A stretch of 64,000 nt of DNA from Verrucomicrobiota bacterium (GCA_046047235.1 JBJOII010000011.1:11993-75992), one strand, 5' to 3'. Positions 40,995 to 51,291 are shown, numbered from the stretch's first letter. Notes: generated by a model from the letters alone, not told the origin. A program made the numbers and translations.

Positions 40995-41379
40995 TCCCCC
41001 AAATAAAATCCCCGTCCTCATCGTCGATGACGATGAATCCATCCCCCGCACAGTCAGCAAAATCCTTAAAGGCGCCGGCTACCCCGTCTCCACCGCAGCC
41101 GACGGAGAGCAAGGCCTCCAACTACTGCTGGACGGCTTCCAGGGCCTCGTCCTCATGGATGTCATGATGCCAGGCATGGACGGCTGGAAAACCATCCGCA
41201 AAATCAAGGACCTCAACCTCCTCGACGGAAACCTCATCTGCATGATGACCGCCCTCACCGAACCTACCCCCGGTAACGAAGACCTCTCAGAAATCGTCTT
41301 CGACTACCTCGCAAAACCCTTCGACGGCCCCCAACTGCTCGATATCGTCCACCTCGCCAACGGCCAACTCGTCGCCTGA
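40987..41379 (+). CDS. Single-domain response regulator
   Basis: VLIVDDD, VLMDVMMPGMDGW, CMMTA, DYLAKPF. Confidence 0.9.
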   Translation: MNNPPNKIPVLIVDDDESIPRTVSKILKGAGYPVSTAADGEQGLQLLLDGFQGLVLMDVMMPGMDGWKTIRKIKDLNLLDGNLICMMTALTEPTPGNEDLSEIVFDYLAKPFDGPQLLDIVHLANGQLVA

Positions 41380-41384
41380 TCCCT

Positions 41385-42062
41385 ATGCCATCCCCGGAAT
41401 CAACCCGTCCCCCAGGAAAGACTCCAGCAGGCCTCGCCATCATCGGCGCATCCACCGGCGGCGTCCGCGCGCTCACCACGCTCTTCCAAAACCTCCGCCC
41501 CGTCCCCGCCGCCATCGTCCTCGTTCACCATATGCCAGACTACATCCAACAGTCCTTCGTCCGTAGCCTGCAGAAAAATACCCCGATGGAAGTCCTGCTC
41601 GCCACCGATGGCATGCCCCTCCAAGCCGGAAAAATCTTCGTCGCCCCCTCCAAATTCCACTGCGTCCTCGAACAAAACCGCATCCTCCGCCTCACCCCAG
41701 GCCCTAAGGTCAACTACGTCTGCCCCGCCGTCGATGTCACCATGAAATCCGTCCTCCCACCCCTCCTGCCCGCACCCCTCGCCGGAGTGCTCCTCACCGG
41801 TATGGGCCGCGACGGCGCCGATGGCATGGTCCACCTACGCAGCCTCGGAGCCCGCACCGTGGCCCAAGACGAGGAATCCAGTGCCGTCTTCGGCATGCCC
41901 AAAGAGGCCTGGAAAGCCGGCGGTGCCGAAATGTTGCTCCCCCCGGACCGCATCGCCCGTTCCCTCTTCCACTGGCTGACAAATACTCAACCCCAGCCAG
42001 CCAACGCTAACCCGTCACGCCAACAAGTCAGTCACCGCACGATGCTCACCCACACCCGTTAG
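41385..42062 (+). CDS. cheB: Stand-alone CheB methylesterase domain protein (no receiver domain)
   Basis: GASTGG (Ser), HHMP (His), [12 protein letters not shown] (Asp), [14 protein letters not shown]. Confidence 0.88.
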   Translation: MPSPESTRPPGKTPAGLAIIGASTGGVRALTTLFQNLRPVPAAIVLVHHMPDYIQQSFVRSLQKNTPMEVLLATDGMPLQAGKIFVAPSKFHCVLEQNRILRLTPGPKVNYVCPAVDVTMKSVLPPLLPAPLAGVLLTGMGRDGADGMVHLRSLGARTVAQDEESSAVFGMPKEAWKAGGAEMLLPPDRIARSLFHWLTNTQPQPANANPSRQQVSHRTMLTHTR

Positions 42063-43469
42063 TTTCAGATCCAACCCCTGAAACTTCACCGATAACCGCT
42101 TGTGGTCCATCCCCAGGCAGTGCAATACGGTCGCGTTCAAATCATTCACGTGAACCGGCTTGTCCAGAATGTTGTAACTGAAATCATCCGTCTCCCCATA
42201 CACCAATCCCGGCTTGATCCCACCACCTGCCAGCCACATCGAGAAACACCTCGGATGATGGTCCCGACCATAACTCGTCGCCGTGCTCTTGCCCTGGCTG
42301 TAAACCGTCCGCCCAAACTCACCCCCCCATATCACCAGCGTGTCATCCAATAACCCCCGCTGCTTCAAGTCCTTCACCAATGCCGCCGAAGCCTGGTCCG
42401 TGTCCCGACACTGCTTCGTCAAATGATCCGGCAGGTTGTCATGATGATCCCAACCCATGTGATACAACTGCACAAAACGAACATCCCGCTCCATCATCCG
42501 CCGCGCCAATAAACAGTTCCGTGCATACGTCCCCGGCCGCCTCACGTCCGGACCATACATCTCCAATATGTGCTCAGGCTCATCCGAAATGTCCGTCAAG
42601 TCCGGCACCGACGTCTGCATCCGAAACGCCAGCTCATACTGCTCAATGCGCGTCAGAATCTCCGGATCCGGCGTCGCCGCATGCCGAATCTCATTCAACC
42701 CACGCAACTGATCCAACATCTGCCTCCGCGTCGAACTGCTGCACCCCGCAGGATTGCTCAAGTACAACACCGGATCCGCCCCACTCCGTAACTTCACCCC
42801 CTGATGCTTCGAAGGTAATACCCCGCTCCCCCATAAACGATCATACAACGGCTGCCCCGCCGACCGCCCGGTCCCACGCGAAATCATCACCATAAAGGTC
42901 GGCAAATCCCGGTTCGCCGTTCCTAGGCCATATGCAACCCATGCCCCCATGCTGGGCCGACCAGGTATCTGCGATCCCGTCTGGATAAAGGTAATCGCCG
43001 GATCATGGTTGATCGCCTCGGTATACATCGACCGCACTATCGCTATGTCATCCACAATCCCCGCAGTGTGCGGCAACACCTCGCTCACCCACGCCCCGCT
43101 CCGCCCATGCTGCGCAAAGGAAAAGGTCGACCGCAAAACCGGAAAGTTCGACTGGTTCGCCGTCATCCCCGTTAACCTCTGCCCCATCCGTACGGAATCC
43201 GGCAGCTCAGACATGTGCAACTTGTCCAGCCCGGGCTTGTAATCAAATGTCTCCAGCTGCGTCGGCGCCCCCGACTGGAATAAGTAAATGACCCGCTTCG
43301 CCGTCGGCTTGTGATGCAGCTTCAATCCACCCTCCTTACCCGCCGCACCCACCAGCCGACCGGCCGGTGAAGCCGCCAATGCCGCCAACGCCGCCGACCC
43401 CAAACTGCACCCCGCACGCTGCAGGAAATGCCGCCGGTTCATCTGCTGAGCCAAATGCAAAAACTCCAT
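42015..43469 (-). CDS. DUF1501 domain protein with Tat signal
   Basis: [51 protein letters not shown]. Confidence 0.92.
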   Translation of the reverse strand: MEFLHLAQQMNRRHFLQRAGCSLGSAALAALAASPAGRLVGAAGKEGGLKLHHKPTAKRVIYLFQSGAPTQLETFDYKPGLDKLHMSELPDSVRMGQRLTGMTANQSNFPVLRSTFSFAQHGRSGAWVSEVLPHTAGIVDDIAIVRSMYTEAINHDPAITFIQTGSQIPGRPSMGAWVAYGLGTANRDLPTFMVMISRGTGRSAGQPLYDRLWGSGVLPSKHQGVKLRSGADPVLYLSNPAGCSSSTRRQMLDQLRGLNEIRHAATPDPEILTRIEQYELAFRMQTSVPDLTDISDEPEHILEMYGPDVRRPGTYARNCLLARRMMERDVRFVQLYHMGWDHHDNLPDHLTKQCRDTDQASAALVKDLKQRGLLDDTLVIWGGEFGRTVYSQGKSTATSYGRDHHPRCFSMWLAGGGIKPGLVYGETDDFSYNILDKPVHVNDLNATVLHCLGMDHKRLSVKFQGLDLKLTGVGEHRAVTDLLA

Positions 43470-43505
43470 ATTTTCCTCCGTAGATAAAGCCTAACCCGTC
43501 TCCCC

Positions 43506-46500
43506 TCAGTTCTTCGTCAGCGTCTCGTCCAAGTTCATTAATACGCTCGCCACCGCCGTATACGCAGCCAACTCCGCCGGTGACTCACCCAATTCCACCT
43601 CGCTGTCACCATGAGACAAAAACTCCTTCGCAGCCTCAGTATCCTGCCCGTAAACACCCAGATACCCCTCATAACCCGACCGCAAAAGCTCCTCCTCCGC
43701 ACCCCCCGGCCAACGCCCCGTCACCAGCCGGAAACCATACCTCAGCCCCGCCAACACATCCCCCCCTTCAGCAGCCACCTGCATCCGATAACCCAGATGC
43801 CTCGAAGCTTCCACATACGCCACGTCGTTCAATAACGCCAAGGCCTGCAAGGGGGTGTTCGTCCGGGGCCGCTTCACCGTGCAAATCTCCCAGCCCGGCG
43901 CGTCAAACGTCGCCAGCATCGGCGGCGAAACAGTCCGCTTCCGGTTAATATATAAACTCCGCCGATACAAATTCTCCCCCTCGCTCTGCACATACGGACC
44001 CTGACTCGCCCCGCCCGCCAATTCCTCCCACAACCCCGCCGGCTGATACGGCTTCACCGGAGGCCCTCCTATCTTCTCCACCAATAACCCGCTCACCGCC
44101 AAAGCCGTGTCCCGCACCACTTCAGCCGGCACCCGAAACCTCGGACCCCGCGCCAGGAAAACATTCTCCCGATCAGTCTCATACGCCTCCGCCGGAACGA
44201 CCGAGCTCTGCCGGTAGGTGGCACTCATCACAATACTCTTCTGCACCGCCTTCAAATCCCAGCCGCCATCCATAAATGTAAACGCCAGCCAGTCCAGTAA
44301 ACCCGGATGCGACGGCGGCGCACTCTGCGTCCCGAAATTATCCAGACTCCGCACCAACCCATTCCCAAAAAACTTGGCCCATAACCGGTTCACGGCCACC
44401 CGCGAGGTCAACGGATTCTCCGGACTCACAATCCAACGCGCCAAACCCAGCCGGTTCCGCGGCGCATTACCCGGCAACGGAGGCAAAGCCGCCGGCACCC
44501 CAGGCCCCAATACCTCACTCTTGTCCGGCGCATCATAGACCCCTCGCACCAACCGATACGTCGGACGCGCCTCAGCCAACTCCCGCATCACCATCACAGT
44601 CGGAACTTTGTCCCGGCGATACGCATCGCGTTCCCGCTTCAACCCCTCCACCACCTCCCGCTTCACCGCCAGCCGCCCTTCAATCACCCCCCCCAGATAC
44701 TCCGCCAAAGCACGCTCCACTCCCTCACCTCCCACCCCCACCGCCCTCGCCAAATCACGCGCCGCCCAGGCCCGAACCTCCTCCTCACTCAACGCCCGGT
44801 CAAACACCCGCACCTCAGCCACCTGCCCCTTCAACGACCGCTCCTCCGCCCGCCGCCCAATCCGAAATGACCGCTCCACCCCGATCTCACCCTTCAGGGA
44901 ATCCAAAACGGTCTTCATCTCCACCAGCTCCCCGTTCAGGGTCACCTGAACCCCGGCCGCCTTGCCGCTCCCGTCATAACTCACACCCAAATGCGACCAA
45001 ACCCCCATCCCCACCCGCGGCAATACACTCTCCACCTTCAACGCATCCTCACTGTACGTGCTCAGAATATGCACCGCCAACTTGCCATCCTCCATGATCA
45101 GGGTGTCCACCCCGCGATACCCCGGCGCCCCCTCCATCTTGCTGAAAACGGTCCCGTGTGACTCCGGCCTCACCCACGCCGTCACCCCAAACGCCCGATC
45201 CCGCCCAAATACCTCACCCAAATCCGTGTCCACATAGGAAGCCTCCCCACCATCCAATACCAGCGCCTTCCCCACTAAACCCTCAGCCCATACAACCTCC
45301 CCCTCCCCAGCATAATGACTGCCGTCCCGCAATGCCCCACCCGCAAGCTCCAGAAAAACCGGATCCGCCAGCTCCACCCCACCCCCGTCCACTAACCCCG
45401 CACGCAACTCCGCCAACTCCACCTCCCGCCGCCCCTCATACGCTTCAACCTCACGCCGGGCAGCCTCAATCCGCCCTTCAAATGCCGCCAACTCCCGCTC
45501 ATTCTCCTCCGTCGGCAACGCTACCGTCGGCCCCGTATTCCCCCGCTGCTCCTCGTAAAAACCCCGATCCTCCGTGCTGTTGAAAAACGCATAAAACTCA
45601 TAAAACTCCCGGGCACTAATGGGATCATACTTGTGGTCGTGACAACGCGCACACCCCATCGTCAAACCAAGAAAGACCGTCGATGTCGTCTCCACCCGAT
45701 CCACCCGGTTCTCCACATACCACTCCTCCTCAATCGATCCCCCCTCCGTCACGGAATGGTTGTTGCGATTAAACCCCGTCGCCACCAGTTGACTCTTCCC
45801 CGGCCTCGGCAATAAATCCCCCGCCAACTGCTCCACCGCAAATTGATCAAACGGCATGTTCTCGTTAAACGCCGCAATTACCCAGTCCCGCCAAGGCCAC
45901 ATGTCCCGACCAAAATCATTCTGATACCCGTTCGAATCCGCATACCGCGCCCCGTCCAGCCAGTCCATCGCCATCCGTTCACCATAACGCTCCGAACCCA
46001 GCAGACGATCCACCACCCGCTCATACGCCCCATCCGTATTATCCAATAAAAACGCATCCACTTCCTCCGGCGTCGGTGGTAACCCCGTCAAATCCAACGT
46101 CACCCGGCGTAACAACGTCTCGCGATCCGCCTCCGGTTGCGGCATCAACCCCTTCTCCTCCAGCCGCGCCAATACAAACCTGTCCACCTCGTTCCGCACC
46201 CACCCCGCATGCCCAACCTCCGGCAACACCGGCCTCCGCACCCGCTCAAATGCCCAGTGCTTCGCCCAAGGCGCCCCCTCCCGAATCCACTGCTCCAATA
46301 AAGCCACCTGCTCAAAACTCAAACGCTCCTTCCCCCCCTCCGGAGGCGGCATCATATCCACACTGTCCTCCGTCACCACCCGCGCAATTAACTCACTCCT
46401 CTCCGGCTGCCCCGCCACTACCACCTCCGCCTTTGCCCCATCCTCCGTGTCCAACCTCAACCTCCCCTTCCGCGTCGCCTCGTCCGGCCCGTGACACGCC

Positions 46501-46622
46501 CAACAATGCTCACTCAAAATCGGCTGAATATCCCGGCTGAAATCCACCGTCCCCGCCACTAACCCACAACTCACCCCCACCACCCCAACACCCGCCACCC
46601 ACTTGATGCTCTTCAATTTCAT
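43506..46622 (-). CDS. PSD1 / planctomycete cytochrome c domain protein (PSCyt1, DUF1549, LamG-like, DUF1553)
   Basis: CWACH and CARCHDHK haem motifs, LLRRVTLDLTGLPP, RYADSNG, NPLTSRVAVNR, NTPLQAL. Confidence 0.92.
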   Translation of the reverse strand: MKLKSIKWVAGVGVVGVSCGLVAGTVDFSRDIQPILSEHCWACHGPDEATRKGRLRLDTEDGAKAEVVVAGQPERSELIARVVTEDSVDMMPPPEGGKERLSFEQVALLEQWIREGAPWAKHWAFERVRRPVLPEVGHAGWVRNEVDRFVLARLEEKGLMPQPEADRETLLRRVTLDLTGLPPTPEEVDAFLLDNTDGAYERVVDRLLGSERYGERMAMDWLDGARYADSNGYQNDFGRDMWPWRDWVIAAFNENMPFDQFAVEQLAGDLLPRPGKSQLVATGFNRNNHSVTEGGSIEEEWYVENRVDRVETTSTVFLGLTMGCARCHDHKYDPISAREFYEFYAFFNSTEDRGFYEEQRGNTGPTVALPTEENERELAAFEGRIEAARREVEAYEGRREVELAELRAGLVDGGGVELADPVFLELAGGALRDGSHYAGEGEVVWAEGLVGKALVLDGGEASYVDTDLGEVFGRDRAFGVTAWVRPESHGTVFSKMEGAPGYRGVDTLIMEDGKLAVHILSTYSEDALKVESVLPRVGMGVWSHLGVSYDGSGKAAGVQVTLNGELVEMKTVLDSLKGEIGVERSFRIGRRAEERSLKGQVAEVRVFDRALSEEEVRAWAARDLARAVGVGGEGVERALAEYLGGVIEGRLAVKREVVEGLKRERDAYRRDKVPTVMVMRELAEARPTYRLVRGVYDAPDKSEVLGPGVPAALPPLPGNAPRNRLGLARWIVSPENPLTSRVAVNRLWAKFFGNGLVRSLDNFGTQSAPPSHPGLLDWLAFTFMDGGWDLKAVQKSIVMSATYRQSSVVPAEAYETDRENVFLARGPRFRVPAEVVRDTALAVSGLLVEKIGGPPVKPYQPAGLWEELAGGASQGPYVQSEGENLYRRSLYINRKRTVSPPMLATFDAPGWEICTVKRPRTNTPLQALALLNDVAYVEASRHLGYRMQVAAEGGDVLAGLRYGFRLVTGRWPGGAEEELLRSGYEGYLGVYGQDTEAAKEFLSHGDSEVELGESPAELAAYTAVASVLMNLDETLTKN

Positions 46623-46730
46623 AAACTCACCCGGTAACTTTCAGCATTAGCACTGACACACATCGGTTGAAGCCATCCCCATACACCACCCCCTCCCCGC
46701 ACACAAGCGAACGCTGAAACCTCCCGCCCC

Positions 46731-46764
46731 ATCGAAATCGCTATCGCTATCGGGATCGGTATCG
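46731..46764. repeat. ATCGNN hexamer array
   Basis: ATCGAA ATCGCT ATCGCT ATCGGG ATCGGT ATCG; hairpin CCCGATA-CCGGA-TATCGGG nearby at about 46791-46809. Confidence 0.85.
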
Positions 46765-46851
46765 CATGCTGAACTTGGCTCTTGGAGGAACCCGATACCG
46801 GATATCGGGGATCGGTTAGCGTCGCCCGCGACCGAACAGCAGAGCCACCCC

Positions 46852-47058
46852 CAGCTCCTAGCTCCTAGCTGCCAGCCCCCGCGCCGCGCACGCGGCACCA
46901 CCCTCCACCCTCCACCCTCCACCCTCCACCCTCCACCCTCCACCCTCTGCGCTCTGCGCTCTGCGCTCTGCGCTCTGCGCTCTGCGCTTGCCGCTTTGCC
47001 CTCAGCCCTCAGCCCTCAGCCCCCAGCCCTCAGCGCTATGCGCTTGCCGCTTTGCGCC
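46852..47058. repeat. Composite heptamer arrays (NAGCTCC, CACCCTC, TGCGCTC, CCCTCAG) with a short GC palindrome
   Basis: Read directly from the sequence; lies between divergent genes. Confidence 0.9.
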
Positions 47059-47084
47059 CCCCACGCCTATGCTCACCCCACCGC

Positions 47085-48044
47085 ATGATCCAGTTCGACC
47101 GAGTCACCAAGGTCTACTCCGGACGCCAAATCGCCCTGGCCGATGTCTCTTTCGAACTTCCCGCCGGATCCACCATCGGCCTCCTCGGCGCCAATGGCTC
47201 AGGCAAATCCACCCTCCTCCGTATCGCCCTCGGCCTCATCTCCCCCTCCGCCGGCCAAGTCACAATCTTCCAACAACCCATGAACCCCGGCGCCAAACAC
47301 CTGCGCCAACGTATCGGCTTCCTCTCCGACTCCCCAGCCTTCCCCCGCGACCTCACCGCCATCGGTTACCTCAACCTCGTCGGCCAATGCTTCAGCCTCC
47401 CCAAACGCGACCACCAGGCCCGCATCGGAACTCTCCTCCGCGCCGTCGGACTCACCGATGACGCAGGCCGCAAAATCCAAACCTACTCCACCGGCATGCG
47501 CACCCGCCTCGGGATCGCCGCCTCCCTCATGAATGATCCCGACCTCCTCGTCTGGGATGAACCCACCTCCGGACTCGACCCCATCAGCCGCAGCCAAACC
47601 CTCGGCCTGCTCGAACAGTTCCGCCAACGTAAAACCGTCATCCTCAGCTCCCATATCCTCGGCGATATCGACCGCGTCTGCGACCGGCTCCTCATCCTCA
47701 ACCAGGGCCAACTCCTCTTCAACGGATCCCGCAACGACCTCGAAAATCTCCTCCCCAAAAATGTCCTCGAAATCAAAGTGAGCGGCAATATCGACGCCTT
47801 CACCAACACCATCCGCCAAACCCTCCGCCGCGAACCCATCCAGCCCGACCCCGGCCGTATCCGCCTCGAACTCCAAGCCAACGAAATCGCCGGCACCATC
47901 ATCGAGCAAATCCTCCAAACCGCCCGCCAAACCCAAACCACCGTCCTCGCCGTCAATTCCACCGCCCGCCAACTCGAAGACGCCTACCTCAAACTCATCA
48001 CGGAAGACGAATTCCGCGGCTTCCTTCGCGTCAATGCCAGCTAA
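47085..48044 (+). CDS. ABC-2 type (DrrA/CcmA-like) ATP-binding protein
   Basis: GANGSGKST, YSTGMRTR, VWDEPTSGLDP, SSHIL, LEDAYL. Confidence 0.92.
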   Translation: MIQFDRVTKVYSGRQIALADVSFELPAGSTIGLLGANGSGKSTLLRIALGLISPSAGQVTIFQQPMNPGAKHLRQRIGFLSDSPAFPRDLTAIGYLNLVGQCFSLPKRDHQARIGTLLRAVGLTDDAGRKIQTYSTGMRTRLGIAASLMNDPDLLVWDEPTSGLDPISRSQTLGLLEQFRQRKTVILSSHILGDIDRVCDRLLILNQGQLLFNGSRNDLENLLPKNVLEIKVSGNIDAFTNTIRQTLRREPIQPDPGRIRLELQANEIAGTIIEQILQTARQTQTTVLAVNSTARQLEDAYLKLITEDEFRGFLRVNAS

Positions 48045-49731
48045 CCCCAGCCAACCCAAGCCAACCCGCCACATCCCCAGCCGCTGGCAGTCCACCTGGG
48101 TCATGGCCCGCGCCGATATCGCCTCCGTATCCTCCTCCTGGCTCGCCCGCGGTTTCCTCCTCACCTCCGCGTTCCTCAGCATCCTCATGCTCAAAGGCAT
48201 GCAGGCGGAACAAAAACCCGCCAGCCAGATGCTCGAAGCCCTCTACTCCACCTATATCGTCCTCTGGATGCACGCCGTCGTCTTCCTCGCCGGCTCCTCC
48301 CTCTCCCGCGAACAAGACTGCCTCAATGACGCCGTCCTCAGCCGCGGCATCACCCGCGGTGAATACTTCTCCGGCAAAATCCTCGCCCGCTTCATCGCCA
48401 TCCTCGGCATGATCTCCCTCGTCCTCCTCCCCGGTAGCTTCTGGGCCATCCGACAAGACCAGCTCGTCAAAACGGAATCCGGCTTCGTCAGCTCCAACGC
48501 CCGCGATACCACCGTCGAAGCCTGGGAACCTAAAAAGATCTTCGCAGGCACCGAAGGACGCCTCCTCGACTTCACCCTCCAAGTCGGAGACCAAATCGCC
48601 TCCGGAGATGTCCTCGCCCAAATCGATGACCAACCCCTCTTCGACCAGCTCGAAACCCAGCGCCGAGCCGAAGAAACCGCCCGCAATGAAGTCAGTAACG
48701 CCCAACGCCGCTACGAAGACGCCCAACGCAATGTCGCCCAGGCCGAAGATGCCCTCGCCCGCGCCGAACGCGCCCTCATCGGTAAAGACCTCCTCAGTAA
48801 ACTCGAACAGGCCGACCGCGAAACGGAACTCCGCTCCCGTAAACGCGACCTCAGCACCGCCCATAACCAACTCCAAATCGCCCGCGATACCATCACCGCC
48901 GCCGAACTCCAGGTCGAAAACGCCCAGGCCCGCGTCCGCGATGCCCGACTCCGCCTCGGCCGCGCCACCATCACCGCCCCCATCTCCGGCTACATCACTG
49001 AACTCCACGTCCAGTCCGCCCAATACGTCACGCTCGGCTCCCACCTCCTCACCATCGCCCCGCTCGACGAATTCCAGGTCCGCGTCCCCATCTACGAATT
49101 CGAAGAGTTTAAACGACTCCGCCAAAACCTCCCCGCCTCCATCAAAATCGGCGAAACGGAATTCACCGGATCCATCCACCAAATCGGCGCCATGACCTCA
49201 CCCGATACCTACGGCCGCCGCAGTAACTACGTCCTCGTCCGCTTTAAAGGCGATGGCACGCTCGGTCTCCTCGGCCAAAATGCCGATGTCCGACTCAAAC
49301 TCCCCCCGCGCGAATCCAAAACCACCGCCATCACCCAGTTCTACCAAACGCTCACCGGCCAAGGCACTGATGACCTCCAGTCCACCTCCGCCTCTGTCCG
49401 TATCCCCTCCATGCTCCTCGGCCTCAGCCGCGTCCTCGGCTGCGCCGCCTTCCTCACCACCCTCACGCTCCTGCTCCTCACCACCCTCCGCTCCCAGCTC
49501 ATCGCTATCCTCGGAACGATCGGCCTCTGGCACCTCTCCAACCTCGCCTTCGACTTCGCCGGCCTGCCCGACCTCTCCTACCTCGAACTCGTCCGCACCA
49601 TGGATAAGGTCCTCAGCGGCGTCAGTAACCCCACCCACGAACTCACCCAACTCGCCTGGCTCGCCCTCATCACGCTCAGCCTCGCCTCCCTCGCCCTCAC
49701 GCTCTTCATCTCCCGCGACCCACCCAAATAA
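48034..49731 (+). CDS. ABC-2 permease with an inserted HlyD/membrane-fusion domain
   Basis: Three N-terminal TMs with SRE...VLSRGITRGEYFSGK; lipoyl halves VGDQIASGDVLAQIDD and TITAPISGYI flanking a coiled coil; then three TMs ending FISRD. Confidence 0.8.
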   Translation: MPANPSQPKPTRHIPSRWQSTWVMARADIASVSSSWLARGFLLTSAFLSILMLKGMQAEQKPASQMLEALYSTYIVLWMHAVVFLAGSSLSREQDCLNDAVLSRGITRGEYFSGKILARFIAILGMISLVLLPGSFWAIRQDQLVKTESGFVSSNARDTTVEAWEPKKIFAGTEGRLLDFTLQVGDQIASGDVLAQIDDQPLFDQLETQRRAEETARNEVSNAQRRYEDAQRNVAQAEDALARAERALIGKDLLSKLEQADRETELRSRKRDLSTAHNQLQIARDTITAAELQVENAQARVRDARLRLGRATITAPISGYITELHVQSAQYVTLGSHLLTIAPLDEFQVRVPIYEFEEFKRLRQNLPASIKIGETEFTGSIHQIGAMTSPDTYGRRSNYVLVRFKGDGTLGLLGQNADVRLKLPPRESKTTAITQFYQTLTGQGTDDLQSTSASVRIPSMLLGLSRVLGCAAFLTTLTLLLLTTLRSQLIAILGTIGLWHLSNLAFDFAGLPDLSYLELVRTMDKVLSGVSNPTHELTQLAWLALITLSLASLALTLFISRDPPK

Positions 49732-49735
49732 CACC

Positions 49736-51151
49736 ATGCCCCCACACGCCTTCCTGAGCTTCCTGCTCGCCTCCCTCCTCAGCTCGGCCTCCCTCGCAGC
49801 TGCCCCCACCTGCAATATCTGGTCCCACCAGGGCGACCCCTTCTCCGGAACACCACTCCTCGAATCCCTCCCCATCCAAACCCCCTACGCCCAAATCCAA
49901 CTCCCCATCCATTCCATCCAATCCATCGACCTCGCCCAACCCCCAGACCAAATCGACCGCATCACCACCACCCAGAACGACCGCATCTCCGGCTTCATCC
50001 TCCTCAATTCTCTCCAGCTCCAACCCGCCAACGGCCCCCAACTCACGCTCCACCGCGCCGACCTCACCCGCATCGCCTTCATCCACCCCAAGCCCCCAAG
50101 CCCCACTACCAACCAACAACTCGTCTTCCTCCGCAACGGCGATGCGCTCCATGCCCAAATCACCGGCGGCCCCTACCGCATCACCACTCCCCAAACCGAT
50201 ATCCAACTCCCCGCCACCAACCTCGCCTCCGCCCGCTTCACCCCCTCCTACCCCGTCACCGCCCAAATCCTCACCCGCACGCACACCACCATCAACGGCT
50301 CCTGGCCACCCCAAAACCTCTCGCTGCAGCTGCTCTGCGGCCCATCCATCTCCATCCACCCAGCCCACATCGGCTCCATCGACCCGCCCATCTCCACCAA
50401 CAACACCACCCCGGCACAACCCACCGGCCCCGGCGGTAACTTCGATCTGGTCTGGATACCCCCGGGCCACTTCACCATGGGTAGCCCCAACGAAGAACCC
50501 GACCGCGACCTCGATGAAGGCCCCCAAACCCAAGTCACCCTCACCCAAGGCTTCTGGATCTCCCGCTGCGAAATCACCCAGGCCCAATACCAGTCCGTCA
50601 TGCAAATCAACCCCAGCCTCTTCCTCGGTGACCCCCGCCGCCCCGTCGAACGCGTCCGCTACCGCGATGCCACCGAGTTCTGCCAGCGCCTCACCCAACT
50701 CCACACAGAACAATCCCTCATCCCCACCAACCACGCCTACCGTCTCCCCACCGAAGCCGAATGGGAATACGCCTGCCGCGCCAATACCCAAACCCGCTTC
50801 AGCCACGGCACCGACCCCCTCGCCCATGACCTCGAAAACTACGCCTGGTTCAATGCCAATAGCGACTCCTCAACCCAACCCGTCGGCTCCCGCCAACCCA
50901 ACCCATGGGGACTCCACGACCTCCACGGCAACGTCCTCGAATGGTGCCTCGACGGTGCCTCCAGCCAACTCCCCGGCAACTCCGTCACCAACCCCCTCAC
51001 CCCGCCTGAAGGCCTCCTCCGCATCGCCCGCGGCGGTTCCTGGCTCCACAGCGCCCGCGCCGCCCGCTCCGCCAACCGCGACGCCTATAGCGAATCCACC
51101 CGCAGTAGCGACCTCGGCTTCCGCATCGTCCTCACCCACACTAACCCCTAA
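49736..51151 (+). CDS. Secreted FGE-sulfatase (SUMF1/C-type-lectin-like) domain protein
   Basis: Signal peptide; FTMGS, EITQAQY, RLPTEAEWEYACRA, NPWGLHDLHGNVLEWC, RGGSW, LGFRIV. Confidence 0.9.
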   Translation: MPPHAFLSFLLASLLSSASLAAAPTCNIWSHQGDPFSGTPLLESLPIQTPYAQIQLPIHSIQSIDLAQPPDQIDRITTTQNDRISGFILLNSLQLQPANGPQLTLHRADLTRIAFIHPKPPSPTTNQQLVFLRNGDALHAQITGGPYRITTPQTDIQLPATNLASARFTPSYPVTAQILTRTHTTINGSWPPQNLSLQLLCGPSISIHPAHIGSIDPPISTNNTTPAQPTGPGGNFDLVWIPPGHFTMGSPNEEPDRDLDEGPQTQVTLTQGFWISRCEITQAQYQSVMQINPSLFLGDPRRPVERVRYRDATEFCQRLTQLHTEQSLIPTNHAYRLPTEAEWEYACRANTQTRFSHGTDPLAHDLENYAWFNANSDSSTQPVGSRQPNPWGLHDLHGNVLEWCLDGASSQLPGNSVTNPLTPPEGLLRIARGGSWLHSARAARSANRDAYSESTRSSDLGFRIVLTHTNP

Positions 51152-51255
51152 CCCCTCCCCCTCTCCCCTCTACCTGCGACGCCGCTCCGCGCCCAGAGTT
51201 TCAGTGTTTCGGAACACCGACCTGAGCACCCCTCTGCGCGGAGCGCTACCGTCTC

Positions 51256-51291
51256 ATCCAAATCGAAATCGCTATCGCTGTCGGTATCGAG
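51256..51291. repeat. ATCGNN hexamer array, followed by a perfect 9-bp hairpin at 51301-51321
   Basis: ATCCAA ATCGAA ATCGCT ATCGCT GTCGGT ATCGAG; hairpin CTGCCGCGT-TCT-ACGCGGCAG. Confidence 0.8.

Noticed and set aside
42015..46622. DUF1501 + PSD1 cytochrome pair as a novel system
   Set aside because: Function is unknown, but this is a well-known, highly multicopy gene pair in PVC genomes and nothing here is distinctive.
46647..46943. Small ORFs in intergenic repeat regions (also 52250, 54633, 56318)
   Set aside because: Their translations simply mirror the 6-, 7- and 10-bp repeats.
49253..49735. Long Pro/Ser/Thr-rich or Gly/Glu/Val-rich alternative-frame ORFs here and throughout (e.g. 34314, 10517, 58351, 38360)
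   Set aside because: They are shadow ORFs caused by stop-codon scarcity under the skewed composition; they overlap well-supported genes and carry no motifs.
51020..51151. Diversity-generating retroelement variable region in the FGE-domain C-terminus
   Set aside because: No second near-identical template repeat and no reverse transcriptase were seen in the window; a remote DGR cannot be excluded.
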